DNA of 8,105 nucleotides from a virus (Duplodnaviria; Heunggongvirae; Uroviricota; Caudoviricetes): IMG/VR virus record IMGVR_UViG_2737471826_000003, positions 1 to 8,105 of that record; one strand, 5' to 3'. Shown piece by piece: positions 1 to 7,717 of this stretch (position 1 is its first letter; each line of letters starts with the position of its first letter). The notes under the pieces were generated by a model. It saw only the letters and a program-made list of their open reading frames with translations, ran no database searches and was not told where the DNA came from. The position numbers and the translations under genes were made by a program.

Positions 1-82
1 TGAGGGGATCTCTCAGTGCAAAATATCCAATAATCACCAACCCGATGAAAATATATAAAATCCATTTTAATAATTTCTTCAT
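1..82 (-). CDS. Partial CDS (start codon at 82..80, continues off the left edge); N-terminus of a small membrane-anchored or secreted protein of unknown function
   Basis: Hand translation of the minus strand gives MKKLLKWILYIFIGLVIIGYFALRDPL, open to the window edge. A strong Shine-Dalgarno (AAGGTGA) sits 4-5 nt upstream of the ATG. The sequence is a basic N-terminus followed by a 17-18 residue hydrophobic stretch (signal anchor or TM helix). The region is AT-rich. It is not in the supplied ORF track because it is truncated by the window. Confidence 0.35.
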   Translation of the reverse strand, partial: MKKLLKWILYIFIGLVIIGYFALRDPL

Positions 83-192
83 GTTATCACCTTAATGCTA
101 ATAATTTATATGGTTACAAATGGTAATGGCTACCACTACAAATTATGGCATTACCAGTAAATATTACTACTGATAATAAATATGGGACTTAT

Positions 193-1521
193 ATGACGTG
201 GAAAGACAGGCTTCAGGATGCGTCATTTCGCAGCGTGCCGTTTAAGGTTGAAGAAGAAAGTGCGGGAACCGGTCGCCGTGTGGAAACACATGAATACCCG
301 AACCGCGACAAGCCCTATACCGAAGATCTGGGAAAAGTCACTTTCCGCCCGTCCATCACAGCTTATGTGGTGGGAGATGACTGCTTTGACCAGCGCGATC
401 GCCTGATTGAAGCGCTGAATAAACCCGGTCCCGGCACGCTTGTCCACCCGACATATGGTGAGCTGAAAGTCTGTGTTGACGGGGAAGTTCGGGTCAGCAC
501 ATCGAAAAGTGAAGGGCGTATTGTCCGCTTTGACCTGAAGTTTGTCGAAGCAGGAGAACTCTCTTACCCCACATCAGGTGCGGCGACGGCGCAGACGCTG
601 ATGTCATCCTGTTCTGCACTGGATGACTGCATCAGTGACAGCTTCAGCGGTTTCAGTATCGATGGTGTGGCGGATTTCGTGCAGAACGACGTTATCGGTA
701 ATGCCAGCATGATGCTGGGGTATGTTTCTGATGCGATGAAAGTGGTGGATTCTGCCGTATCGGATGCCGCCAGGCTGTTGCAGGGGGATATCTCGGTACT
801 TCTGCCGCCGCCATCGTCAGGCAAAAATTTCGTTGAGCAGGTGCAGAAAATGTGGCGTACCGGGAAACGCCTTTATGGTAACGCCAGCGACCTGGTCACC
901 ATGATCAAAACGCTTTCCGGTGTCAGCCTCGGCAGCGATCTGCAACCGCGCGGCGTCTGGAAAACGGACAGTAAAACCACCGCCACGGCGACGCAGCAGC
1001 GTAACGTGGTTGCCAGCACCCTTCGTACGACCGCAATCAGCGAAGCGGCGTATGCCGTCACCCGATTGCCTGCGCCAACAATTTCCGCGGTGATGCAGAA
1101 TTCCGCAGTGGGGCAGGCAACAACACCCGCGCAGAGCACTGGCTGGCCTTCCGTCACGCATCCGGCACTAAACAATGTACCGGCGGTGAAAAACACGGTT
1201 GACCTGCCGACGTGGGAAGAACTGACTGACATTCGCGACACACTGAATACGGCAATTGATAAGGAGTTGTCCCGTACAACCAGTGATGCGCTGTTTCTGG
1301 CGCTGCGCCGGGTGAAAGCAGATCTGAATGCGGATATCAACACGCGCCTTGAACAGTCTGCACGGATCATTCAGCGCACACCGGATGAGGTTTTACCCGC
1401 GCTGGTGCTGGCGGCGACCTGGTTTGATAACGCAGCGCGTGACGCGGACATTATCCGGCGTAATGCCATTACGCATCCCGGCTTTGTGCCGGTGATCCCT
1501 CTGAAGGTGCCAGTGCAATGA
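193..1521 (+). CDS. Mu N/gp43-like tail DNA-circulation protein
   Basis: Long ORF (track 145..1521). The N-terminal region (WKDRLQDASFRSVPF...HEYPNRDKPYTEDLG...GPGTLVHPTYGELKV...FVEAGE) matches the conserved pattern I recall for Mu N-type DNA-circulation proteins. The ATG at 193 (MTWKDRLQDASF) aligns with family N-termini better than the ATG at 145, which has no RBS; the true start is uncertain between the two. The stop TGA at 1519-1521 overlaps the next gene's ATG (ATGA). Confidence 0.85.
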   Translation: MTWKDRLQDASFRSVPFKVEEESAGTGRRVETHEYPNRDKPYTEDLGKVTFRPSITAYVVGDDCFDQRDRLIEALNKPGPGTLVHPTYGELKVCVDGEVRVSTSKSEGRIVRFDLKFVEAGELSYPTSGAATAQTLMSSCSALDDCISDSFSGFSIDGVADFVQNDVIGNASMMLGYVSDAMKVVDSAVSDAARLLQGDISVLLPPPSSGKNFVEQVQKMWRTGKRLYGNASDLVTMIKTLSGVSLGSDLQPRGVWKTDSKTTATATQQRNVVASTLRTTAISEAAYAVTRLPAPTISAVMQNSAVGQATTPAQSTGWPSVTHPALNNVPAVKNTVDLPTWEELTDIRDTLNTAIDKELSRTTSDALFLALRRVKADLNADINTRLEQSARIIQRTPDEVLPALVLAATWFDNAARDADIIRRNAITHPGFVPVIPLKVPVQ

Positions 1522-2597
1522 ACGACAATGTCACGCTACGGGTAAATGGCCGGGAGTGGAATGGCTGGACATCGGTGCGCATCGGTGCCGGTATTGAACG
1601 GCTGGCGCGGGATTTCAGTGTGGAGATCACCCGCCAGTGGCCGGGAGATGAGGGTATTACCACGCTTCAGCCGCGCATTAAAAACGGTTCAAAAGTGGAA
1701 GTGCTGATTGGTGATGAGCTGGTGATCACCGGCTGGGTGGAGGCGACGCCCGTTCGTTACGATGCCCGTTCGGTCAGCACCGGTATTGCCGGACGTAGTC
1801 TGACCGCTGACCTGATTGACTGTGCAGCCGAACCGACACAGTTTAACGGACGATCGCTGGTACAGATTGCGCAGGCGCTTGCTGCGCCTTTCGGCATTGA
1901 GGTGGTGAACAGCGGTGCGCCGTCGGGTGTTATTCCTGATGTCCAGCCTGATCACGGTGAAACGGTGATTGAGGTGATCAACAAAATACTCGGTCAGCAG
2001 CAGGCGCTGGCTTACGACGACCCGCACGGCAGGCTGGTGATTGGCGGTATTGGCTCAACGCGGGCACATACCGCGCTGGTACTCGGGGAAAACATCCTTT
2101 CCTGCGATACGGAGAAGAGTATCCGGGAGCGGTTTTCTGTTTACCAGGTGGCGGGGCAGCGTGCCGGAAACGACGATGATTTCGGTGAGGCCACCACCAC
2201 CGCGCTGCGGGCCCGCACAGAGGACGCATTTATTGCCCGTTACCGTCCGATGTATATCAGGCAGACAGGGCAGGCTACGGGGGCAGGCTGTATTGCCCGT
2301 GCTGACTTTGAAGCCCGACAACGGGCGGCGCGAACGGACGAAACCACCTATGTGGTGCAGGGCTGGCGACAGGGTAACGGTACGCTGTGGCAGCCCAACC
2401 AGCGGGTGATTGTCTTCGATCCGGTCTGTGGTTTCGACAATACCGAACTGCTTGTCTCGGAAGTCACGTTTACTCAGGACCAGAACGGCACCCTGACGGA
2501 AATCCGTGTCGGCCCACCTGATGCTTATCTGCCTGAACCCGAAGCCCCCGGCGCGCGGAAAAAGAAAAAAGCCAGAGTACAGGAGGACCCGTTCTGA
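1518..2597 (+). CDS. Mu P/gp44-like baseplate hub protein (late control D-like)
   Basis: 359-aa ORF translationally coupled to the upstream gene (ATGA overlap). It occupies the position and has the size expected of the Mu P-type hub that follows the N-like gene. Assignment is by synteny and general sequence character, not by search. Confidence 0.8.
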   Translation: MNDNVTLRVNGREWNGWTSVRIGAGIERLARDFSVEITRQWPGDEGITTLQPRIKNGSKVEVLIGDELVITGWVEATPVRYDARSVSTGIAGRSLTADLIDCAAEPTQFNGRSLVQIAQALAAPFGIEVVNSGAPSGVIPDVQPDHGETVIEVINKILGQQQALAYDDPHGRLVIGGIGSTRAHTALVLGENILSCDTEKSIRERFSVYQVAGQRAGNDDDFGEATTTALRARTEDAFIARYRPMYIRQTGQATGAGCIARADFEARQRAARTDETTYVVQGWRQGNGTLWQPNQRVIVFDPVCGFDNTELLVSEVTFTQDQNGTLTEIRVGPPDAYLPEPEAPGARKKKKARVQEDPF

Positions 2598-3145
2598 TGA
2601 GGACGATTGAAGCCATGCAGCGACAACTTCTCGGCCTGATTGGGCGGGCCGTGGTGAAAAGCATCAGTGCCGCCACGAAATGTCAGACCGTGGATGTGTC
2701 CCTGATTGCCGGTGAACCCAAAGCCGGGGTTGAACATCTTGAACCCTACGGTTTTACCGCAAGGGCAAACAGCGGTGCGGAAGCGGTGGTGTTGTTTCCG
2801 GATGGCGACCGTTCTCATGCGGTGGTTGTTACGGTGTCGGACCGGCGCTACCGCCTGAAAGGGCTGCAGACGGGTGAGGTGGCTGTCTATGACGATCAGG
2901 GGCAGTCTGTGACGCTGACCCGGGAGGGGATCGTGGTGGACGGTGCAGGTAAAACGATCACGTTTCGCAATGCGCCCAGAGCACGTTTTGAAATGGACCT
3001 GGAAGTGACCGGACAGGTGAAAGACCTGTGCGACTCCGGCGGTACCACCATGTCAGCGATGCGGCTTGCCTATAACGGGCATCGTCACAGAGAGAACGGT
3101 CAGGGCAGTAACACCGACAAACCTGATAAAGCGATGGAGGCATGA
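2597..3145 (+). CDS. Baseplate assembly protein V-like / central spike (Mu gp45-like)
   Basis: 182-aa ORF. A strong SD (AGGAGGA, 2581-2587) lies 9 nt upstream of the ATG at 2597, which overlaps the upstream stop (TGATG). Small OB-fold-like spike protein size, synteny between hub and gp46-like genes, and a C-terminal DSGGTT-type motif reminiscent of gpV spikes. Confidence 0.75.
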   Translation: MRTIEAMQRQLLGLIGRAVVKSISAATKCQTVDVSLIAGEPKAGVEHLEPYGFTARANSGAEAVVLFPDGDRSHAVVVTVSDRRYRLKGLQTGEVAVYDDQGQSVTLTREGIVVDGAGKTITFRNAPRARFEMDLEVTGQVKDLCDSGGTTMSAMRLAYNGHRHRENGQGSNTDKPDKAMEA

Positions 3146-3570
3146 TGGAACTGTGGCTGACGGTGAACGGTAAACGCACCTGCGCCAGCGCACAGCTGGA
3201 TCCGCTGACCCGCGCCGTGGTGATTTCCCTGTTTACCTGGCGGCGGGCGGAGCCTGATGACAACGCCGACGTCCCGATGGGATGGTGGGGGGATACCTGG
3301 CCTGCGGTACAGAATGACCGTTACGGCTCCCGACTGTGGCTGCTTCAGCGCAGCAAACTGACCAATCAGCTGGTGCAGACGGTAAGGGGGTATATCCGCG
3401 AATGCCTGCAATGGATGATTGATGACGGCGTGGTGTCCCGTATTGATCTGGATATCCGCCGCACCGGGATTAATGAACTGGGTAACAGTATCACTCTCTG
3501 GCGTCGTGACGGACCGGTAATGATTTCTTTTGATGATCTGTGGAGTGCGATAACGCATGGCGGACAGTGA
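3142..3570 (+). CDS. Mu gp46-like small baseplate protein (gpW/gp25-like)
   Basis: 142-aa ORF whose start overlaps the upstream stop (ATGATG; the second ATG at 3145 is better spaced from the GGAGG at 3136-3140). Size and position between the V-like and J-like genes are typical. Confidence 0.75.
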   Translation: MMELWLTVNGKRTCASAQLDPLTRAVVISLFTWRRAEPDDNADVPMGWWGDTWPAVQNDRYGSRLWLLQRSKLTNQLVQTVRGYIRECLQWMIDDGVVSRIDLDIRRTGINELGNSITLWRRDGPVMISFDDLWSAITHGGQ

Positions 3571-4615
3571 ATTTCAGCGCCCGACGCTGGCAGAAAATAT
3601 CAGTATGCTCCGTAACGATTTATTCGCCAGGCTGGACGTCAGCAACACGCTCCGGCGCATGGATGAAGATGTGCGGGCAAAGGTGTATGCGGCGGCGCTG
3701 CATACGGTTTACGGGTACATCGATTATCTGGCAATGAACATGCTGCCTGACCTGTGCGATGAGTCCTGGCTGGCGCGACATGCTGCGATGAAACGGTGTC
3801 CGCGCAAGGGGGCCACGACTGCCAGCGGGTATATGCGCTGGGAAGGCGTCAGCGATGGCCTGAAGGTGACCGCCGGGAGTGTTATTCAGCGCGATGACCT
3901 GGTTCAGTACACGGCAACTGCCGATGCAACCAGCGCCGGTGGTGTCCTGCGCGTGCCGATCACCTGCTCAAGTGCAGGCGCGGTCGGTAACGCTGACGAC
4001 GGTACGTCATTAATCCTGGTCACGCCGGTTAATGGTCTGCCGTCTTCCGGCGTGGCAGATACCCTGACAGGTGGATTTGATACTGAAGAGCTGGAAACGT
4101 GGCGCGCCCGCGTCATTGAGCGGTATTACTGGACGCCTCAGGGCGGGGCTGACGGGGACTATGTCGTCTGGGCTAAAGAAGTGCCCGGCATTACCCGCGC
4201 ATGGACATACCGTCACTGGATGGGAACGGGAACTGTCGGTGTGATGATTGCCAGCAGTGACCTGATTAATCCCATTCCGGAAGAATCAACGGAAACGGCG
4301 GCAAGACAACATATCGAGCCACTGGCCCCGGTGGCAGGCTCTGATTTGTATGTATTCAGTCCGGTGGCGCATACGGTGGATTTTCATATCCGCGTGATGC
4401 CGGACACACCGGAAATACGGGCTGCCATCACCGCGGAGTTGCGTTCGTTTCTTCTGCGTGATGGTTATCCGCAGGGAGAACTGAAGGTATCGCGTATCAG
4501 TGAGGCGATTTCCGGTGCGAACGGGGAATATAGCCATCAGTTGCTTGCACCGGCAGACAATATCTCCATTGCGAAAAATGAACTGGCGGTTCTGGGGACG
4601 ATTTCATGGACGTGA
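3557..4615 (+). CDS. Baseplate J-like protein (Mu gp47-like)
   Basis: 352-aa ORF overlapping the upstream gene by 14 nt. Size and position are typical for baseplate J family proteins in Mu-type tails. Confidence 0.8.
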   Translation: MADSEFQRPTLAENISMLRNDLFARLDVSNTLRRMDEDVRAKVYAAALHTVYGYIDYLAMNMLPDLCDESWLARHAAMKRCPRKGATTASGYMRWEGVSDGLKVTAGSVIQRDDLVQYTATADATSAGGVLRVPITCSSAGAVGNADDGTSLILVTPVNGLPSSGVADTLTGGFDTEELETWRARVIERYYWTPQGGADGDYVVWAKEVPGITRAWTYRHWMGTGTVGVMIASSDLINPIPEESTETAARQHIEPLAPVAGSDLYVFSPVAHTVDFHIRVMPDTPEIRAAITAELRSFLLRDGYPQGELKVSRISEAISGANGEYSHQLLAPADNISIAKNELAVLGTISWT

Positions 4616-5190
4616 CAAACGATGATTACATCCGTCTGTTGTCGGCACTGTTGCCCCCCGGTCCGGCGTGGTCAGCCGGCGATCCGGCGATTGCCGGTGC
4701 GGCACCGTCATTAACCCGCGTTCATCAGCGTGCGGATGCCCTGATGCGGGAGCTTGATCCGCGCACCACCACCGAGCTGATAAATCGCTGGGAGCGTCTG
4801 TGTGGCCTGCCGGATGAATGTATTCCCGCAGGGACACAGACCCTTCGCCAGCGTCAGCAACGGCTGGATGCGAAGGTTAACCTGGCGGGTGGCATCAACG
4901 AGGATTTTTATCTTGCACAGCTTGCTGCCCTGGGCAGACCAGATGCCACCATCACGCGATACGACAAAAGCACGTTCACCTGCTCATCGGCCTGTACTGA
5001 CGCTGTGAATGCGCCGGAATGGCGGTATTACTGGCAGGTCAACATGCCAGCCGCCACCAACACCACCTGGATGACATGTGGCGATCCCTGTGATTCCGCG
5101 CTGCGTATCTGGGGCGACACCGTTGTCGAGTGTGTGCTTAACAAACTCTGCCCGTCGCATACCTACGTAATTTTTAAATATCCGGAGTAA
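4606..5190 (+). CDS. Mu gp48-like tail/baseplate protein (YmfQ-like, DUF2313-type)
   Basis: 194-aa ORF overlapping the J-like gene by 10 nt and lying immediately upstream of the tail-fibre gene. Size and synteny match gp48/YmfQ-type proteins as recalled. Confidence 0.7.
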   Translation: MDVTNDDYIRLLSALLPPGPAWSAGDPAIAGAAPSLTRVHQRADALMRELDPRTTTELINRWERLCGLPDECIPAGTQTLRQRQQRLDAKVNLAGGINEDFYLAQLAALGRPDATITRYDKSTFTCSSACTDAVNAPEWRYYWQVNMPAATNTTWMTCGDPCDSALRIWGDTVVECVLNKLCPSHTYVIFKYPE

Positions 5191-5193
5191 TCC

Positions 5194-6126
5194 ATGCATC
5201 GTATAGACACTAAAACCGCGCAGAAGGATAAGTTCGGCGCGGGTAAGAACGGTTTTACCCGTGGTAACCACCAGACAGGCACGCCTGCCACCGATCTGGA
5301 TGATGACTACTTTGACATGTTGCAGGAGGAGCTTTGCAGCGTGGTGGAGGCATCCGGCGCCAGCCTGGAGAAGGGGCGGCATGACCAGTTGCTTACAGCG
5401 CTTCGTGAGCTGCTGTTAAGCCGCAAGAATCCGTTTGGCGATATCAAATCGGATGGCACGGTGAAAACGGCTCTCGAAAACCTTGGTTTGGGAGATGGCT
5501 CGGGGCGTTACAGCAAAACTGTCGTTTTTTCATCGTCGGGTTCATATACGTGGCCAGCTGACGTAAAACGAATTGACGTTATTCTGACTGCGGCGGGCGG
5601 CGGTGGCGGTGGATGTAACGCGGAGAACGCAAATCAGACATTTTCAGGGGCTGGCGGAGGAGCCGGAGGTACTGTTTTTGCCACTATTTATGCGACAGAC
5701 AACGATGCCGGGCCAGGAACCTATACAGTGACAATTGGCAGCGGTGGTAGTGGTGCCAATGGGGCAGGGTCTGGAAATAATGGCGGTAATAGTTCGTTCA
5801 TGACATTAACTGCGCTCGGCGGCCAGGGTGGGCAATGGGGCGGCGCTACAAATACCGCTGGCGGGCGCGGTGGCTCAGGCTCTGGCGGTTATAAAACTGA
5901 ACAAGGCGGAGACGGTTCAGACGGACAGGCGAGCCAGGCGCTATTAGTAGGCAATGGGGCATCGAGCTATTGGGGTGGCGGCGGCCGCGCTGGGCAACTG
6001 AGCGGTAATCCTGGAGTTTGCTCTGGCTCCGGCGGCGGGGGTGCATACGATAATAGCTATTCACACACGTCAGGACGTGGCGGGCACGGAGCTAATGGCG
6101 TGCTGGTAATTCGGGAGTACATGTAA
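5194..6126 (+). CDS. Tail fibre protein: conserved N-terminal attachment domain plus glycine-rich variable distal domain
   Basis: 310-aa ORF with SD GGAG 7 nt upstream. The N-terminus ([22 protein letters not shown]...TALENLGLG) is the conserved N-terminal domain of enterobacterial prophage tail fibres (StfP/YcfK-like, recalled). The C-terminal two-thirds is very glycine-rich low-complexity sequence ([38 protein letters not shown]). The TAA stop is immediately followed by the chaperone ATG. Confidence 0.85.
   Translation: MHRIDTKTAQKDKFGAGKNGFTRGNHQTGTPATDLDDDYFDMLQEELCSVVEASGASLEKGRHDQLLTALRELLLSRKNPFGDIKSDGTVKTALENLGLGDGSGRYSKTVVFSSSGSYTWPADVKRIDVILTAAGGGGGGCNAENANQTFSGAGGGAGGTVFATIYATDNDAGPGTYTVTIGSGGSGANGAGSGNNGGNSSFMTLTALGGQGGQWGGATNTAGGRGGSGSGGYKTEQGGDGSDGQASQALLVGNGASSYWGGGGRAGQLSGNPGVCSGSGGGGAYDNSYSHTSGRGGHGANGVLVIREYM
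5471..5496 (+). other. Candidate DNA-invertase (Gin/Hin/Cin/Pin-type) crossover site inside the tail-fibre gene
   Basis: CTCTCGAAAACC TT GGTTTGGGAGAT is an imperfect 12-bp dyad (9 of 12 positions complementary) around a 2-bp core. It resembles the recalled hix/gix consensus (TTCTnnAAAACC-AA-GGTTTTnGATAA). It encodes ALENLGLGD, exactly at the junction between the conserved N-terminal and variable distal parts of the fibre. Confidence 0.4.
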
Positions 6127-6531
6127 ATGAATGATATCTATGCAGTTGTTGATAATAACGTTGTTATTAATGTCATTATCTGGGACGGAATTTCTGAATG
6201 GAAACCAGAGGCTGGTAATTTAGTTCCGTTAAACGGCGATGCTGGCATCGGTTGGTCATATTCAGACGGAGTATTTACCGCGCCACCTCCCCCAGAACGC
6301 TCTCACAACGCGTTAGTTGCGGAGGCTGAGCTGCAGAAATCAGCACTACTGACCGTAGCAAATAACACAATAGCACCGCTGCAGGATGCCGTTGATTTGG
6401 AAATGGCGACAGACGATGAACAGGCGTTACTGCTGGCGTGGAAAAAATACAGGGTACTGCTGAACCGTGTTGATACCTCAGCGGCACCCGAAATAGAGTG
6501 GCCTACGCAACCGGGGGAGCGGGCCAGTTGA
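6127..6531 (+). CDS. Tail fibre assembly chaperone (Tfa / Mu U-like)
   Basis: 134-aa ORF starting one codon after the fibre stop. The C-terminal half ([34 protein letters not shown]) is the hallmark conserved Tfa C-terminal motif. The 5' half is AT-rich and divergent, as in chimeric Tfa proteins. Confidence 0.9.
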   Translation: MNDIYAVVDNNVVINVIIWDGISEWKPEAGNLVPLNGDAGIGWSYSDGVFTAPPPPERSHNALVAEAELQKSALLTVANNTIAPLQDAVDLEMATDDEQALLLAWKKYRVLLNRVDTSAAPEIEWPTQPGERAS

Positions 6532-6652
6532 TATCAGGCGCAGGGTCAGCATCAACTGCTGTCACTGCGTCGATGTAGTCGAGTACCGCATTCAGCCGCG
6601 TTTTTTCATCATCAGTCAGTTTGCGGCCTGCACTTCTCCGTTGACATCTTTG
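6503..6652 (-). pseudogene. 3' remnant of a second, convergent tail-fibre assembly gene (Tfa'/U'-like), N-terminally truncated
   Basis: Hand translation of the minus strand gives ...[40 protein letters not shown]. This carries the Tfa C-terminal signature (DDEK...L..VD...APDI.WP..P) but has no start codon, with an in-frame stop upstream at 6653-6655. Its last 29 nt overlap the 3' end of the + strand chaperone gene. Confidence 0.6.
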
Positions 6653-6792
6653 TTATATGGTACAACTGCGCAGAGGCCTGTCTCTCCAATTGTGCCAGTT
6701 GAATACTACGATACAACGCTAGGTCTTCCAATATGGTATAACGGCACAGCTTCATCATGGCAGCGAGCTGATGGAACAAATACTTGATTAAT

Positions 6793-6829
6793 TTATGGCG
6801 CATCAATATAAAGTATCGATGCGCCATAA
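6793..6829. terminator. Perfect 12-bp inverted repeat hairpin (13-nt loop) directly after the stop of the minus-strand cargo gene; candidate terminator or protein-binding palindrome
   Basis: TTATGGCGCATC (6793-6804) is the exact reverse complement of GATGCGCCATAA (6818-6829). It lies between the convergent gene ends. Flanking U-tracts are weak, so intrinsic-terminator function is uncertain. Confidence 0.35.
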
Positions 6830-6832
6830 TAA

Positions 6833-7717
6833 TCACTGACAAATGTTTTTGTCAAAATCAACTACAATAATATCATCATATGAGTATAAGTTATATTCAT
6901 ATGCTCTTTTAATCTTTGCGGTTGAGCAAAAGGTTTTTTCATTTAACACACTTGCAATGTTTGTATTCCCAGGGTGTTTAAAGTAAACTCCAACTCTATT
7001 CATATAAGGGAATGGCCAATCCCAATTATAGAAATACTCTGGGAAAAATCTAGATATTAACGGGTAATTATTTCGTGCGTTTACAAAAACATCATTGTCT
7101 TTCTTTTTACCATTAAAAATAAGTATCTGATTTGTTTTTCCGCTTAACTCGAAAGCATCATTTTTAATCTGATGAAACAGAACTGTGGTTATGTTTTTTT
7201 CTTCTGTCATTGCATTTGTGTATGAACATAAAAAACCAAAAACATAAATCAGAGGAATTACAAGTATATATGTTATTGAATTTTTTGTTTCTCGCGAGAA
7301 AAGATAAACAATCATGAATAAGAACAACATCGTAGCAGAAAAACCGATCATCACTCTTGGGGCGTCGATGTGATGCTGAAGTGGTAATAGAGTAGCAAAA
7401 GACAATATCAAAGCTGTTACTGGTGATGTTATTGTAATTAAAAAATTAATAATACCAGTAATACTTTTATTAGGTATTGATTTCTTTAGCGCGATGAATG
7501 TCGTCATTGCAATGAAAAATAAAAATATTACTATAAACGCAACTCGTCCTGATTCCCCAAAAATACCACTAGATATTGAATGAAGATAAAATTTTAAGTT
7601 TTCATATATAACTGAAAAAATGCCTTCAGTTTTAATTGATGGGTGATCCGGGTCCCCAACAACAGTTAAAAATAAAGGAATAACCACCAAAAAATATAAT
7701 GCAACACCTATAACTAA
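6833..7717 (-). CDS. AT-rich polytopic membrane protein of unknown function, 5' end interrupted by IS5 (likely inactivated); candidate lysogenic-conversion or exclusion cargo (GtrC-like topology)
   Basis: Track ORF 6833..7690 begins with TTG. The frame stays open upstream through hydrophobic codons (LVIGVALYF) to 7717, where the IS5 terminal repeat begins. At least 5 hydrophobic helices are followed by an aromatic-rich soluble C-terminal domain of about 130 aa. Hand counts give about 25-33% GC versus about 60% in neighbouring phage genes. No family is recognisable by eye. Confidence 0.6.
   Translation of the reverse strand, partial: LVIGVALYFLVVIPLFLTVVGDPDHPSIKTEGIFSVIYENLKFYLHSISSGIFGESGRVAFIVIFLFFIAMTTFIALKKSIPNKSITGIINFLITITSPVTALILSFATLLPLQHHIDAPRVMIGFSATMLFLFMIVYLFSRETKNSITYILVIPLIYVFGFLCSYTNAMTEEKNITTVLFHQIKNDAFELSGKTNQILIFNGKKKDNDVFVNARNNYPLISRFFPEYFYNWDWPFPYMNRVGVYFKHPGNTNIASVLNEKTFCSTAKIKRAYEYNLYSYDDIIVVDFDKNICQ

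Noticed and set aside
2555-2570. A5GA6 homopolymeric tract near the 3' end of the P-like gene (encoding RKKKKAR) as a possible slippage or phase-variation site.
   Set aside because: The tract is short, sits at the very end of the gene, and the downstream gene has its own strong SD. No evidence of an alternative frame product.
223-5382. Numerous 60-165 aa ORFs antisense or out-of-frame within the baseplate genes (for example 223..447-, 817..1161-, 873..1370-, 1689..2027-, 2041..2409+, 2525..2818-, 3100..3558-, 4286..4537-, 4984..5382-).
   Set aside because: They lie entirely inside strongly supported, syntenic, translationally coupled phage genes. They have no RBS and Arg/Pro/Gly-rich compositions typical of spurious ORFs on the opposite strand of GC-rich coding DNA.
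5846-6487. Minus-strand ORFs 5846..6064 and 6275..6487 inside the tail-fibre and chaperone genes.
   Set aside because: Antisense to genes with clear family signatures; no independent support.
6653-6792. Looked for a second invertase crossover site or a gin/pin/hin-type recombinase gene downstream of the chaperone genes.
   Set aside because: Only weak partial matches (for example CTCTCCAATTGTG around 6680-6695). No ORF with serine-recombinase character on either strand. The inversion system appears deleted.
6612-6842. 76-aa minus-strand ORF spanning the hairpin and the unassigned spacer, overlapping the cargo gene stop.
   Set aside because: Out of frame with the Tfa remnant, runs through a perfect palindrome, no convincing RBS, no recognisable protein character. 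A small real gene cannot be fully excluded.
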